Position numbers and translations under genes: made by a program
Assembly (NCBI GenBank): GCA_958295485.1
Contig: OY282354.1
Coordinates: 2,166,068-2,230,067 of the forward strand
DNA: 64,000 nucleotides
From: an uncultured Gammaproteobacteria bacterium
GTDB lineage: Bacteria; Pseudomonadota; Gammaproteobacteria; Eutrophobiales; Eutrophobiaceae
Direction of reading: 5' to 3'
Shown: positions 34,047 to 43,919 of the stretch, piece after piece
How positions within the stretch are numbered: position 1 is the first letter of the stretch
Layout of the letters: every line of letters begins with the position of its first letter
The notes under the pieces: model-generated
What the model was told of the DNA's origin: nothing
The model's input: only the letters and a program-made list of their open reading frames with translations
Database searches by the model: none

Positions 34047-34319
34047 GTGTCCGAAGAAAAAACTGAGTTTGATTTTGAAAAATCACTGGCAGAGCTGGAA
34101 CAACTTGTTGAAACGATGGAACAAGGTGAGCTTACCCTGGAAGAATCCTTGAAACAGTTTGAACGAGGAGTCGCCTTGACCCGAGCCTGTCAAAAGGCCT
34201 TGTCGGAAGCTGAGCAGAAGGTGCAAATTTTAACCCGGAATAGTAAATCCGGTGAACCGGGTGAACTAACTGCTTTTGAAGCAGGGCCTGACCAAACGGA
34301 TAACCATGCCATTCGCTGA
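34047..34319 (+). CDS. xseB: Exodeoxyribonuclease VII small subunit
   Basis: 90 aa, GTG start. [39 protein letters not shown]. xseB-ispA synteny. Confidence 0.93.
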   Translation: MSEEKTEFDFEKSLAELEQLVETMEQGELTLEESLKQFERGVALTRACQKALSEAEQKVQILTRNSKSGEPGELTAFEAGPDQTDNHAIR

Positions 34320-35196
34320 GCGCCTCGCCGGCTACCAGTCCAGGATAGAAGCTGTTCTGGATCGATGGTTGCCGCCCGCCGATACCGAGCCAAATCATTT
34401 GCATGGAGCTATCCGCTATTCCGTCCTGGGAAACGGCAAACGGATCAGACCCTTATTGGTCTACGCCAGCGGCGAGGTCTTCAAGGCTGGAGCGGATACC
34501 CTGGATGGGTGTGCCTGTGCAGTAGAAATGATCCATGCCTACTCACTCATACATGACGACCTGCCGGCTATGGATGATGATGATTTACGTCGCGGCCGGC
34601 CGACTTGTCACAAGGCCTATGGTGAAGCTACGGCAATCCTGGCAGGGGACGCTCTTCAGGCCCTGGCCTTCCAGGTACTGGCGGAAGATCCGGATATTTC
34701 CGTGCCCGCAGAACAGCGGGTACGAATGATCAATACCCTGGCGGTAGCGAGTGGCTCCCGTGGCATGGCCGGGGGACAGGCCATTGACCTGGACGCGGTA
34801 GGCAAGACCCTCAGTTTAGAGCAGCTTCAAACCATGCATACTTATAAAACCGGCAGGTTGATCCGCGCGAGCGTCGAGTTAGGCGCTTTGTGCTCTGACA
34901 AAGTGGACGAGGAGCGACTTCATAAAATTTCTCGATACGCGGATTGTATCGGCTTGGCCTTTCAAATCCATGATGACGTTCTCAACATTGAAAGTGATAC
35001 GGAAATATTGGGGAAACCTCAAGGGTCTGACCTGGCGATGAACAAGCCAACCTACCCAAACCTGTTAGGTCTTGAGGAAACGAAAATGGCTGCGAGGGAT
35101 TTACTGGATGAGGCCCTGGGACACTTGTCTGATTTTGATGAAAATGCAGAGGCGCTACGCTGGATAGCGACCTATATCGTCGAAAGAGACAAGTAG
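34306..35196 (+). CDS. ispA: (2E,6E)-farnesyl diphosphate synthase
   Basis: 296 aa from the ATG at 34306. First Asp-rich motif [16 protein letters not shown], second FQIHDDVLN. Confidence 0.93.
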   Translation: MPFAERLAGYQSRIEAVLDRWLPPADTEPNHLHGAIRYSVLGNGKRIRPLLVYASGEVFKAGADTLDGCACAVEMIHAYSLIHDDLPAMDDDDLRRGRPTCHKAYGEATAILAGDALQALAFQVLAEDPDISVPAEQRVRMINTLAVASGSRGMAGGQAIDLDAVGKTLSLEQLQTMHTYKTGRLIRASVELGALCSDKVDEERLHKISRYADCIGLAFQIHDDVLNIESDTEILGKPQGSDLAMNKPTYPNLLGLEETKMAARDLLDEALGHLSDFDENAEALRWIATYIVERDK

Positions 35197-35220
35197 CAGA
35201 CTTCAAAACAATCTCTGTTT

Positions 35221-35249
35221 TTGATAGAATAAGCTATCTCTACTATCAA
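35221..35249. promoter_or_regulatory. Nested inverted repeats upstream of folE2 (TTGATAG-N15-CTATCAA; GATAG-N6-CTATC)
   Basis: ttgatagaataagctatctctactatcaa lies 31-59 nt upstream of the folE2 ATG in an AT-rich spacer. It is a candidate operator with no known regulator. Confidence 0.3.
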
Positions 35250-35279
35250 TTCCGAATATAAGGCTATATACTTGACCCC

Positions 35280-36113
35280 ATGAATCATCCGGCAGAAATT
35301 ATTATAAATGAAATACCGGACATCCAGGCCTCGCCCGATACCCGGTCCATTTCCATCGATAAAGTAGGGATCAAAGACATTCGTCATCCGGTTATTGTGC
35401 GGGATCGCTCCGGACGGGAGCAACACACGGTCGCCATGTTCAACATGTACGTCAACTTGCCGCACAATTTCAAGGGCACCCATATGTCCCGGTTTGTTGA
35501 AATCCTGAATCAAAATGAATTTGAGATATCGATTGAATCGTTCAAGCATATGATCGAAGACATGACCAAGATCATGAAAGCCAAATCAGGACATATAGAG
35601 ATGACGTTTCCGTACTTCATCAATAAAAAGGCGCCCATATCCGGCGTGGAAAGCCTGATGGATTACGAAGTATCATTCATCGGCCAGATAAACCGGAATA
35701 AATCCGGCGTATCGGTGAAAGTCGTCGTCCCTGTAACGTCACTTTGCCCTTGCTCTAAAAACATATCCGATTATGGCGCGCACAACCAACGTTCCCACGT
35801 GACGATTTTAGTGCACACCCAGGATTTCATCTGGGTTGAAGAATTAATCGACACTGTAGAAAAAATTGCTTCTTGTGAACTCTACGGAATATTAAAGAGA
35901 CCCGACGAAAAACACGTGACCGAGCGGGCCTATGATAATCCCAAGTTTGTCGAAGACCTCGTTCGCGACGTAGCTGTCGAGTTTAATAAAGACCGGCGAA
36001 TCAAGGCTTATACGGTTGAATCGGAAAACTTTGAATCGATTCATAACCATTCCGCCTACGCCATGCTCAGCCGGGACAAACGCAGGGATAAAAGTGATAT
36101 ACTGCCCCTATGA
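35280..36113 (+). CDS. folE2: GTP cyclohydrolase FolE2 (type IB)
   Basis: 277 aa. [14 protein letters not shown]...[14 protein letters not shown]...SLCPCSK motifs, typical of the FolE2/MptA family. Confidence 0.9.
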   Translation: MNHPAEIIINEIPDIQASPDTRSISIDKVGIKDIRHPVIVRDRSGREQHTVAMFNMYVNLPHNFKGTHMSRFVEILNQNEFEISIESFKHMIEDMTKIMKAKSGHIEMTFPYFINKKAPISGVESLMDYEVSFIGQINRNKSGVSVKVVVPVTSLCPCSKNISDYGAHNQRSHVTILVHTQDFIWVEELIDTVEKIASCELYGILKRPDEKHVTERAYDNPKFVEDLVRDVAVEFNKDRRIKAYTVESENFESIHNHSAYAMLSRDKRRDKSDILPL

Positions 36114-36316
36114 GCGCCATTGACCTGTACCAGGTACTGAAGAAAATTCCCGCGGTCACTGACGACGAAGCGAAGCAGGCCGCGGCCGCGGTCGACCTGA
36201 CCGATCGGATGCACCAGATCGAGACCAAGCTGGCAGAGGTCCAAATCACCTTGCGTATTGTTCTGGGCCTACTGCTCACCATCCTGGCAATCCTGCTGGC
36301 CCCGCTGTTCCAGTAA
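36110..36316 (+). CDS. Small C-terminally membrane-anchored protein (DUF1640-like coiled coil?)
   Basis: 68-aa ORF whose ATG overlaps the folE2 stop (ATGA). Has a C-terminal TM helix [20 protein letters not shown]. Family assignment is tentative. Confidence 0.45.
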   Translation: MSAIDLYQVLKKIPAVTDDEAKQAAAAVDLTDRMHQIETKLAEVQITLRIVLGLLLTILAILLAPLFQ

Positions 36317-36405
36317 GCTTTTCGCGCTGGTCGGATCCCACGCTTGGCCCCAGCTTGCATGAAACCAGGCTCACCAGGGAAAGGTTGGCAAAGTCAAGCC
36401 TTGCT

Positions 36406-37203
36406 TTAACAGGTTTTCTTTTTAGCCTGCTCCCACAACTCTTCCATTTCATCTAAGGTCGCGGATGTCATATCCCGTCCTTGAGACTTGAGCGATTCTT
36501 CAATAAACCGGAAGCGTTGCTGAAATTTTCGGTTAGTCTCTCTCAAGGCAGCTTCGGGGTTGATATCCAAATGCCTGGCGAGGTTGATGACCGCAAAGAA
36601 TAAATCACCTAATTCACCCTGCAACCGGGAATGATAGTGGTGGTGGTGAGATTCATCCATCGCCTGTTTTATTTCATTGACTTCCTCTTCGATTTTACCC
36701 ATGACCGGGGCGGGTTCATCCCAATCAAAACCAACCATGGCCGCGCGTTTTTGCAACTTCACCGCCCTCAACATTGCCGGCAGGGCCTCGCCTATATTAT
36801 CGAGATGGCTGTGGTCTTGGCGATTTTTTGTCATGCGCTCTGCGCGTTTGATTTCCTCCCAGGCTGACCTCAGTTCCTCGCTTGTGTTTATCTGCCGGTC
36901 TGCGAAGACATGGGGATGCCGCCGCTTCAGTTTCTCACATACAGCAGCAACCACGTCCTCAAAATCAAAATAACCGGCTTCTGACGCCATTTGTGAGTAA
37001 AAGACAATATGGAACAACAAATCCCCCAGTTCATCTTTAATCTCTTCCGGGCTATTACGCTCTATGGCATCGACCAATTCATACACCTCCTCCAGTGAGT
37101 GCGGAATGATGGATGCCATCGTCTGTTTCTTATCCCAGGGGCAACCCGTGTCCGGGTCGCGTAATGCTTTCATTATATCCAGTAGCTCTTGCATGATCTT
37201 CAT
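36406..37203 (-). CDS. mazG: Nucleoside triphosphate pyrophosphohydrolase MazG
   Basis: 265 aa from the ATG at 37203 (MKIMQELLDIMKALRDPDTGCPWDKKQT). Tandem MazG domains with EExxE motifs. The ORF extension to 37293 reads through a repeat element. Confidence 0.92.
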   Translation of the reverse strand: MKIMQELLDIMKALRDPDTGCPWDKKQTMASIIPHSLEEVYELVDAIERNSPEEIKDELGDLLFHIVFYSQMASEAGYFDFEDVVAAVCEKLKRRHPHVFADRQINTSEELRSAWEEIKRAERMTKNRQDHSHLDNIGEALPAMLRAVKLQKRAAMVGFDWDEPAPVMGKIEEEVNEIKQAMDESHHHHYHSRLQGELGDLFFAVINLARHLDINPEAALRETNRKFQQRFRFIEESLKSQGRDMTSATLDEMEELWEQAKKKTC

Positions 37204-37243
37204 GCCAAATCCCCAGTAAAAAATAGTTTTCAATAGCCCGGCA

Positions 37244-37352
37244 ATTCCCGCTAACAGCGGGTTTGGTGGCTGTCTTTCCGTTCCATGGGCCATCCCTGGC
37301 TCGTCCCACGCTCATCTCTGGCGTTAGTCACTCTTTCGACGAACAGCGGGAG
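37244..37352 (+). repeat. MITE-like element, copy 2 (109 bp)
   Basis: attcccgctaacagcgggtttggtgg...ctttcgacgaacagcgggag. Intergenic between mazG and the HNH gene. Its left end folds as CCCGCT-aac-AGCGGG. Confidence 0.75.
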
Positions 37353-37470
37353 CGCCTGTCAATAACTTGACTTTCTGTTAATTTTCGGGTAAACCTGTAC
37401 AGGCTTGCAAGCAGCCGGCCGGATTCGCCCTGATTGTATCAGCCCGGTTGCCTGAATATGAGATTAAAAC

Positions 37471-38043
37471 ATGACACCACTTATCTTGCGACTTGACATA
37501 TCCGGGACACCGGTGACCTGGCTCCCCTGGCAGAATGCGGTAAGCCTGTACTGCCGCAACATGGTAGGCTGGACTGCCGGTGATGAGACATTTACCCTGC
37601 GCGGGGGGACCAATAGAAAAAGTGGTTTCCGTTCAATCGTCGCGATCAATTCTATTATCGCCGTCAAACGGTCCGGCAATTATAAACATACCTATCGAAC
37701 GATTCCACCACTGACAAATCGTGAATTATTTCTGCGTGACGCCCACATGTGCATGTACTGTGGCTCGCGCCATAAAGAAGGCGCATTAACCAGGGACCAC
37801 GTACTGCCGATTTCTCGCGGCGGAATTGATCGCTGGTCAAACGTTGTCGCCGCCTGCCGGTCGTGCAATACTCATAAGGGCAACAGGACCCCTGAAGAAG
37901 CCCGGATGTCGTTATTAGCGATACCCTATGTGCCGAACTGGGCTGAATACCTTGCCCTGTCGAACAGAAAGATACTTGCCGACCAGATGGGATTCCTGAA
38001 ATCGCAATTTTCCGGTCGGCCGATGCCGTTTCACAATCAATAA
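37471..38043 (+). CDS. HNH endonuclease family protein
   Basis: 190 aa. CMYCG...RDHVLPISRGG...NVVAACRSCNTHKGNRTPEEA (HNH/Cys4 motif). Confidence 0.85.
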   Translation: MTPLILRLDISGTPVTWLPWQNAVSLYCRNMVGWTAGDETFTLRGGTNRKSGFRSIVAINSIIAVKRSGNYKHTYRTIPPLTNRELFLRDAHMCMYCGSRHKEGALTRDHVLPISRGGIDRWSNVVAACRSCNTHKGNRTPEEARMSLLAIPYVPNWAEYLALSNRKILADQMGFLKSQFSGRPMPFHNQ

Positions 38044-38273
38044 CCAGCAAGTTTTTCTCTGTGGTTTTGTTATTCAGGCGCCCCTGAACGAGTCCCATTC
38101 CAATATCAAGGCTGCCCCAGGTTCGAGCCGGAGGCAGACCTGTATCGCAGGAACCGCTGACTTGACCGGGGGTTCCTTAACCCGCGGGTTACAGGGTGCA
38201 CGATTATATGACTTTTCCAGTCATCCTGTTGAACCATGGGGGCTAGGCCACTCGCTACCCAATTTGCCGACAG

Positions 38274-39452
38274 ATGCAAAATGATTACCTGACAAAGATC
38301 AGTCGGAGGATGCAGTCTGTTCAATCTCCCATTGTTCCAACGGTGGCTGATTTAATCAAGGCAACCCCGGATACGATATCTCTGGGTCAAGGGATAGTCT
38401 ATTACGGCCCTCCGGCTGCGGCATTGAAAAATGCGCTTAGACATGAAAAGGATTTAAATCAAGTCTATGGGCCGGTAGAAGGGAAACCTGAGCTTATCGA
38501 TAAAATCAAGGGTAAGCTGGTCGCGGAAAACAACCTCTCAGTCAACGATGATCGCTGCATAATTGTCACGGCCGGCGCAAACATGGGCTTCTTGAACGCC
38601 ATGTTCGCCATTGCCGATCCGGGTGATGAAATTATTTTGCCCGCGCCTTATTACTTTAATCACGAAATGGCAGTCAGGATGCTGAATTGCAAACCGGTCC
38701 GCGTTGCGACCGACAAAAATTTCCAAATCGATCTCGATGAAATCGCCGGCGCAATTACCAACCGCACGGTGGCAGTTGTGACAATCTCGCCAAACAATCC
38801 CAGCGGCGCCATGTATTCGGAAAAATCGCTGCGGGAAGTAAACAGGCTTTGCCGGGAGCATGGGATTTATCATATAAGCGATGAGGCCTATGAATATTTT
38901 GTATTCGATGAGCGCCGACATTTCTCCCCTGCCGGTCTTGAGGATTCAAACCGCCATACCATTTCGTTATTCTCTTTGTCCAAAGCCTATGGTTTTTCGT
39001 CCTGGAGGATTGGTTATATGCTGGCGCCCTCACACCTGCGGGAAACCATGAAAAAGATACAGGATACGAACCTGATCTGCCCGCCGGCGGCGTCACAATA
39101 CGCGGCCATCGGCGCCCTTGAAGCCGGACGAGCTTACTGTGACGAGAAAATCAAATTGATTGCCGATAACAGAAAGCTTGTCCTCAACGAATTAAAAAAG
39201 TTAGACTGCTACGTTAACGGGATCAATTCCAATGGCGCTTTTTATGTGTTTCTGCACCTGGATACGGGACGCGCTGATATGGAAGTTGTCGAACAACTCA
39301 TCTGTGACTTTAAAATAGCAGTCATGCCTGGAAGCGCTTTCGGCATGGTCGATGCCTGTTATATACGGGTTGCTTACGGCGCATTAGATAAATCAACGAT
39401 TGAAGATGGGATGCAACGCTTGATTAACGGATTGAATTCAATAATACGATAA
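38274..39452 (+). CDS. Pyridoxal-phosphate-dependent aminotransferase (class I/II)
   Basis: 392 aa. PLP-lysine motif SLSKAYGFSSWRIGY. Confidence 0.88.
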   Translation: MQNDYLTKISRRMQSVQSPIVPTVADLIKATPDTISLGQGIVYYGPPAAALKNALRHEKDLNQVYGPVEGKPELIDKIKGKLVAENNLSVNDDRCIIVTAGANMGFLNAMFAIADPGDEIILPAPYYFNHEMAVRMLNCKPVRVATDKNFQIDLDEIAGAITNRTVAVVTISPNNPSGAMYSEKSLREVNRLCREHGIYHISDEAYEYFVFDERRHFSPAGLEDSNRHTISLFSLSKAYGFSSWRIGYMLAPSHLRETMKKIQDTNLICPPAASQYAAIGALEAGRAYCDEKIKLIADNRKLVLNELKKLDCYVNGINSNGAFYVFLHLDTGRADMEVVEQLICDFKIAVMPGSAFGMVDACYIRVAYGALDKSTIEDGMQRLINGLNSIIR

Positions 39453-39476
39453 CCACCAGCGGGGTTGGAAATACCG

Positions 39477-39848
39477 ATGAAAATCATAACTGCCGTATTA
39501 ATTATATACCTGTCCATGCAGGGCCATACTCATGCTGCCGACAAATCAGGCAACTATGCCATTTGGGGGAAAGGCAACAAATCCTGTTTCAATTACTTGA
39601 AAGACCGGGGTGCGGGAAAAGACAATACTTATAAAAATTACGTCATGGGATATTTAACTGCGTACAACACCCTGGCGCCGGAAACCTATAATATCTCAGG
39701 AAGCATGAGGTTGGACGATATTATGGCATGGCTGGATGATTATTGTGATGCAAAGCAGGTTCATGGCCTGGAGCACTCCTTAATCGAGTTCATTGGCAAA
39801 CATCATGAAAAGCGACTTCGAACCCCACCGGGCAGAATCGGTCGTTGA
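39477..39848 (+). CDS. Hypothetical secreted protein
   Basis: 123 aa from the ATG at 39477. Signal peptide MKIITAVLIIYLSMQGHTHA. No family recognised. Confidence 0.55.
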   Translation: MKIITAVLIIYLSMQGHTHAADKSGNYAIWGKGNKSCFNYLKDRGAGKDNTYKNYVMGYLTAYNTLAPETYNISGSMRLDDIMAWLDDYCDAKQVHGLEHSLIEFIGKHHEKRLRTPPGRIGR

Positions 39849-40017
39849 GCATTTTTTTAGTTGTTGGTTTATAGTTGTCGGACAAAAGGACAAGCTGTAT
39901 TAACCGGAACCTTGAAACTAAAAAACATACGCCTTGATCATATTCGTAAAATGCGTCATTATTAGCGGGCTTGGACTGAAAAAACACTACGAGGTCAGGT
40001 AAATGGGAGAACTAATT

Positions 40018-40320
40018 ATGAAAAGAACTTTAATCAAAGCTGCAATCCTTGCATTCGTGTTTGCGACCATGGGTGGTTGTGTAACAACCGAACAACTTGC
40101 CCAGGTAAGAGCAATTGCAGAAAGCGCCCAATCCACAGCGGATAACGCGGCGGCAACCGCGGACAACGCATCGGCAACTGCAGATAATGCGTTGACGACG
40201 GCTAACCAAGCAGCAGATGCCGCTCGTTCAGCTCAATCTGCGGCTGACGCCGCTGCGGCGTGCTGTGGGGAAAACTCGAGCAAGCTGGATCGCATGTTTG
40301 AAAAAGCGATGCAGAAATAA
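40018..40320 (+). CDS. Lpp/OprI-like alanine-zipper outer-membrane lipoprotein
   Basis: 100 aa. Signal peptide with lipobox (ATMGGC). Degenerate 21-nt/7-aa repeats TADNAAA-TADNASA-TADNALT-TANQAAD at 40135..40218. C-terminal Lys (AMQK) as in Lpp and OprI. Confidence 0.75.
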   Translation: MKRTLIKAAILAFVFATMGGCVTTEQLAQVRAIAESAQSTADNAAATADNASATADNALTTANQAADAARSAQSAADAAAACCGENSSKLDRMFEKAMQK

Positions 40321-40333
40321 TTACTTTGCATGC

Positions 40334-40367
40334 TGATAACCCCATGCCTTTCAGCATGGGGTTATCA
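40334..40367. terminator. Perfect 14-bp-stem hairpin between the convergent lpp-like and L,D-transpeptidase genes
   Basis: tgataaccccatgc-ctttca-gcatggggttatca. There is no clear U-tract on either strand, so it may be a bidirectional terminator or an RNA stabiliser. Confidence 0.55.
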
Positions 40368-40385
40368 TGACGATGTCATCTCTGA

Positions 40386-41399
40386 TCAAAAAGAGTCAGC
40401 TTGTTTTTCAGAAGTTGTCTCAATCGACGCTGGCCCTTCTGCTTTCTTGATCCGGCCGATTTCAACCGGGATACCGTTTCTTTCCGTTATCATTGATTTT
40501 GCCAAATCCCAGTCGACTTCATAAGTCAACTCCCTGGTCATTTCCACCAACATCTCGACAATACTGGTCAAATTCTCTTCAAACTGTTCTGCATCCTCAG
40601 TTAAATACGGGTGGGCTTCCAGGTAGATTTTGTCTTTATACCGCCCTACTTTAAAAGGCTGATTCAGGATATGGACGGGTGTTCCCAATTTGACCTGCTT
40701 AAACAAACTCTTTATATCTTCAGGATAAAGCCGGATACATCCGTGACTTACACGCATGCCAATCCCGAACGGTTTATTCGTACCGTGAATCAAGTACTCC
40801 GGCAGTCCCAACCTGAGCGCATAGTTGCCTAAGGGATTATCCGGCCCCGGCCTGACTATTTTCGGCAAGGGATCGCCTTGTTCAGCATGTTCCAGGCGGA
40901 TCGATTCCGGCGGATACCAATTGGGCCTGATCCTTTTCTGAATGATTTCAGTATCGATATAGGGCGTTGACCAGCCTTCGCGACCGATCCCCAGGGGATG
41001 GGTAATCACTTCATATCGCTCTTTGGCTGCATCTTTTTTCGGAAAATAGTAAAGCCGCATTTCCGGGATATTCAGCACGATCCCGTTTTTCGGGGCGACC
41101 GGTAAAACAAACATGGTCGGCAATACAATTTCTTTTCCTTCACCCGGCAACCAGGTATCCACGTCAGGATTAGCCAGCTTGATGCCCTGGTAGCCCAATC
41201 CGTTCAGCCTGGCTATGTCCAACAGGGTATCTTCATGTTCAGCTTGAACTTTTCTTATCTCGCCTATCAATGAATCATCAAGGGTATCCAATGTATAGGA
41301 AACGGCTGACACAGCTGGGGGAAAGAAAAACACGCAAACCAGTATCAGGTTCGTCACTGACATGGACAAAGGCATGGATGCGAATGGTCGGATTTTCAT
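40386..41399 (-). CDS. L,D-transpeptidase (YkuD/ErfK family)
   Basis: 337 aa. Signal peptide and catalytic motif LIHGTNKPFGIGMRVSHGCIRL. Confidence 0.9.
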   Translation of the reverse strand: MKIRPFASMPLSMSVTNLILVCVFFFPPAVSAVSYTLDTLDDSLIGEIRKVQAEHEDTLLDIARLNGLGYQGIKLANPDVDTWLPGEGKEIVLPTMFVLPVAPKNGIVLNIPEMRLYYFPKKDAAKERYEVITHPLGIGREGWSTPYIDTEIIQKRIRPNWYPPESIRLEHAEQGDPLPKIVRPGPDNPLGNYALRLGLPEYLIHGTNKPFGIGMRVSHGCIRLYPEDIKSLFKQVKLGTPVHILNQPFKVGRYKDKIYLEAHPYLTEDAEQFEENLTSIVEMLVEMTRELTYEVDWDLAKSMITERNGIPVEIGRIKKAEGPASIETTSEKQADSF

Positions 41400-41486
41400 T
41401 CTGTCTTATAACTTGAGCATGATACAGCAATCTTAACACATTACTGTAGAAACTGTATGTATCTATAAGAAATTAAAAATTATTAT

Positions 41487-42005
41487 TCATGTTTCATTCA
41501 GCCTGGGCATCAATTCGACTAAATTGCACGGCCTGGTTCGATAATCGAGTTGCTGTGAGATGATTTTATCCCAGGCAGTGGCGCAGGCCCCTGCTGAGCC
41601 CGGCAAGCAAAAAATGTAGGCGCCGCCGGCCACTCCGGCAAGGGCGCGTGATTGCAGCGATGACGTGCCGATCTCTTCATAGGACAAAAACCGAAACAGT
41701 TCGCCGAAACCTTCAATTTCCTTATCAAACAAAACCGATACCGCCTCCGGCGTGCCATCCCGGCCCGTGACGCCGGTCCCACCCGTGGTCAGGATTGCAT
41801 CCACGTTCGCATCGGCGCACCAACCGGCAACTGCGCTGCGGATTTGATATATCTCATCCGCAACGATACTTTTTTCATGGAGTTTATGGCCAGCCGCTTC
41901 AAGCCTCTGCGTTAGCAGTTTCCCGGATTTATCGGTTTTCTCCGTCCTCGAGTCCGAAACGACCAGGACGGCGATATTCAGCGGCTTTAACTCCCTGTCA
42001 GACAT
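41487..42005 (-). CDS. moaB: Molybdenum cofactor biosynthesis protein B (MoaB/Mog family)
   Basis: 172 aa. VLVVSDSR...ILTTGGTGVTGRDGTPEA motif. Confidence 0.88.
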   Translation of the reverse strand: MSDRELKPLNIAVLVVSDSRTEKTDKSGKLLTQRLEAAGHKLHEKSIVADEIYQIRSAVAGWCADANVDAILTTGGTGVTGRDGTPEAVSVLFDKEIEGFGELFRFLSYEEIGTSSLQSRALAGVAGGAYIFCLPGSAGACATAWDKIISQQLDYRTRPCNLVELMPRLNET

Positions 42006-42627
42006 TTTCCGCTCCTGTCGATTCCGTCATCCATGAATTATTCCATTTACCGGAAAAAAAATGATCGCCGACAGGATTGCGATGTCTTGGGGCAAATTCC
42101 TTTGCGTGTAATTCTTCCGGCATCTCTCGTTGAAGCAATTGGTATCCAATGGCAATCATGGCCATGGGAGTATGCTCTTCCGGCACGGAAAAAACTTCCC
42201 TGGCCTTGCCGGCATCAAACCCACCCATCTGGTGGGCCATGAGACCAAGATCAGTTGCCTGCAAACACAGACTGATACTGGCGGCGCCGGTATCGTGTTG
42301 CGCCCACCTGTTCGGTTGACCATTGTGTTTAAAATTTTCTGACGCGACTGACAAGATGAGAACCGGCGCATTCTGCGCCCAGGCGCGATTGCCCTCGACC
42401 AGGCAGTCAAGGGCGGCATCCCATGCCGCCTGGTCCCGGGCCCGGTCGCAAACAACATATTGCCAGGGTTGGGCGCCGAAACAGGACAGCGACCACCTGG
42501 CCGCTTCCATGCAAGCCAGTAGTTTTTCCGGTTCAACCGGCCGGCCGGGATCATAGGCCCGGCCACTCCAGCGGCGCGCCATCACGTCGTTAATGGGAAC
42601 TTCTGTTGTCGCTTTCTTTTCAAGCAT
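41998..42627 (-). CDS. Nitroreductase-family protein
   Basis: 209 aa. RRWSGRAY N-terminal motif and typical nitroreductase length. Overlaps the moaB start by 8 nt. Confidence 0.8.
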   Translation of the reverse strand: MLEKKATTEVPINDVMARRWSGRAYDPGRPVEPEKLLACMEAARWSLSCFGAQPWQYVVCDRARDQAAWDAALDCLVEGNRAWAQNAPVLILSVASENFKHNGQPNRWAQHDTGAASISLCLQATDLGLMAHQMGGFDAGKAREVFSVPEEHTPMAMIAIGYQLLQREMPEELHAKEFAPRHRNPVGDHFFSGKWNNSWMTESTGAENV

Positions 42628-42708
42628 GGCATTTTTCCAGAATGATACTCAGTGAATTAATCCTCGCTATTATAGTGAAAAAAACGGCGTCAAAAAAGCA
42701 AAGGCGGA

Positions 42709-42739
42709 GTTCCCTCTAATCTCGGTGAAAGTGGGTTTG
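42709..42739 (+). repeat. Solo end of the MITE-like element
   Basis: gttccctctaatctcggtgaaagtgggtttg matches the 25964..25996 end (gttcccgctaatctcgtcggaagtgggtttg). Confidence 0.55.
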
Positions 42740-42746
42740 TTATCCA

Positions 42747-43919
42747 TCAATCCTGGCGCAGCCTGTCGGAGGTCGCGATAGGTGTCCGGTAGCTCAGCAC
42801 GACGATGCAGGATGAGATTAAAAAAGTGAGCAAGGTCGCCAGTTGGATCAGGTACGAGGTGTTTTGTTGAATAAATCGCGCCTCCACCGCCACTATCGCG
42901 ACTAAAAAGGAAAACTCGCTCATCTGTCCCAGCCGGTAGCCTACTTCCCGGGAAATAGCGCGTTTTTCCCCGGCATTGACGAAAAGTTTCTCGAAGATCA
43001 ACGGTTTGATCACCAGGGCGCAGGTAGCTAACAAGACGGCCGGGAACAGGATGTCTGCAATAACATCCAGGTTGAATGACGCCCCCAGTGAGAAAAAGAA
43101 GATGATCAAAAAGAAATCCCGTAGCGGCTTTAATTTTTCAGTGATAAAGAGAGCAATGGGGCTGGACGCCAAGGTGACGCCGGCGATGAACGCGCCGATC
43201 TCATGGGACAGGCCCAAGCGAACGGCAACCTCTGCGATTGCCAAACACCACGCTATTGCCAACAAAAAGATATATTCATGTATCTGATCAAAGCGGGCAA
43301 TCAATTTGACGATGACGTAACGCTCGAAAATCCAGGAAATGAATATCAAAACCGGCAACGCGAGCAATTGCCTGCCGATATCGACCAGCAGGTTATCGCC
43401 TTTCCCGTATCCCTGTAGCAGCAATAAAACGATGATCGCGATTAAATCCTGGAGCAGCAGCACGCTGATTATGATCTGCCCCGTGTGGCGATGGTGCAAC
43501 GCCGTGGTGGGCAGCAATTTTACTCCGATGATCGTGCTCGAAAAAATCAAAATCGAGCCTGTCAAGACGGATTCGAGCAACGGGTAGCCGAAGCCATAAG
43601 CGACGCAAAAACCAATGACAAAAAATACAATCGAGCTCAGCATGGTCGCCCACAGCGCCTTGCCCAGCATTTTCCATAGTTGTTGGGGGAACAAATCCAG
43701 CCCCAGCAGGTAAAGCAGGAAGATAATGCCTATACTGGAAATATCGGTAATCAACTGGGCGTCATCAACCAGGGCCATCCCCCAGGGTCCCAGGATGACG
43801 CCAAGTACGATATAGGCGACGATCATGGCTTGACGGGCGTACAACGCCAACGTAGCCAGGATCGCTGCGCCGGTGAAGATCAAAAAAATTGAAAATTCGA
43901 AGCCCGAATGTTCCATCAT
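42747..43919 (-). CDS. Cation:proton antiporter (CPA2/Kef-type membrane domain, no KTN domain)
   Basis: 390 aa, about 11-12 TM helices, Na+/H+ exchanger-family pattern. Confidence 0.85.
   Translation of the reverse strand: MMEHSGFEFSIFLIFTGAAILATLALYARQAMIVAYIVLGVILGPWGMALVDDAQLITDISSIGIIFLLYLLGLDLFPQQLWKMLGKALWATMLSSIVFFVIGFCVAYGFGYPLLESVLTGSILIFSSTIIGVKLLPTTALHHRHTGQIIISVLLLQDLIAIIVLLLLQGYGKGDNLLVDIGRQLLALPVLIFISWIFERYVIVKLIARFDQIHEYIFLLAIAWCLAIAEVAVRLGLSHEIGAFIAGVTLASSPIALFITEKLKPLRDFFLIIFFFSLGASFNLDVIADILFPAVLLATCALVIKPLIFEKLFVNAGEKRAISREVGYRLGQMSEFSFLVAIVAVEARFIQQNTSYLIQLATLLTFLISSCIVVLSYRTPIATSDRLRQD

Noticed and set aside
37204-37293. 30-codon N-terminal extension of the mazG ORF.
   Set aside because: The extension is encoded by the MITE-like repeat. 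The ATG at 37203 gives a normal MazG N-terminus.
38112-38137. tRNA-like GGTTCGAGCC string suggesting a T-arm.
   Set aside because: No acceptor stem, D-arm or anticodon arm can be drawn around it. It is treated as part of a structured spacer only.
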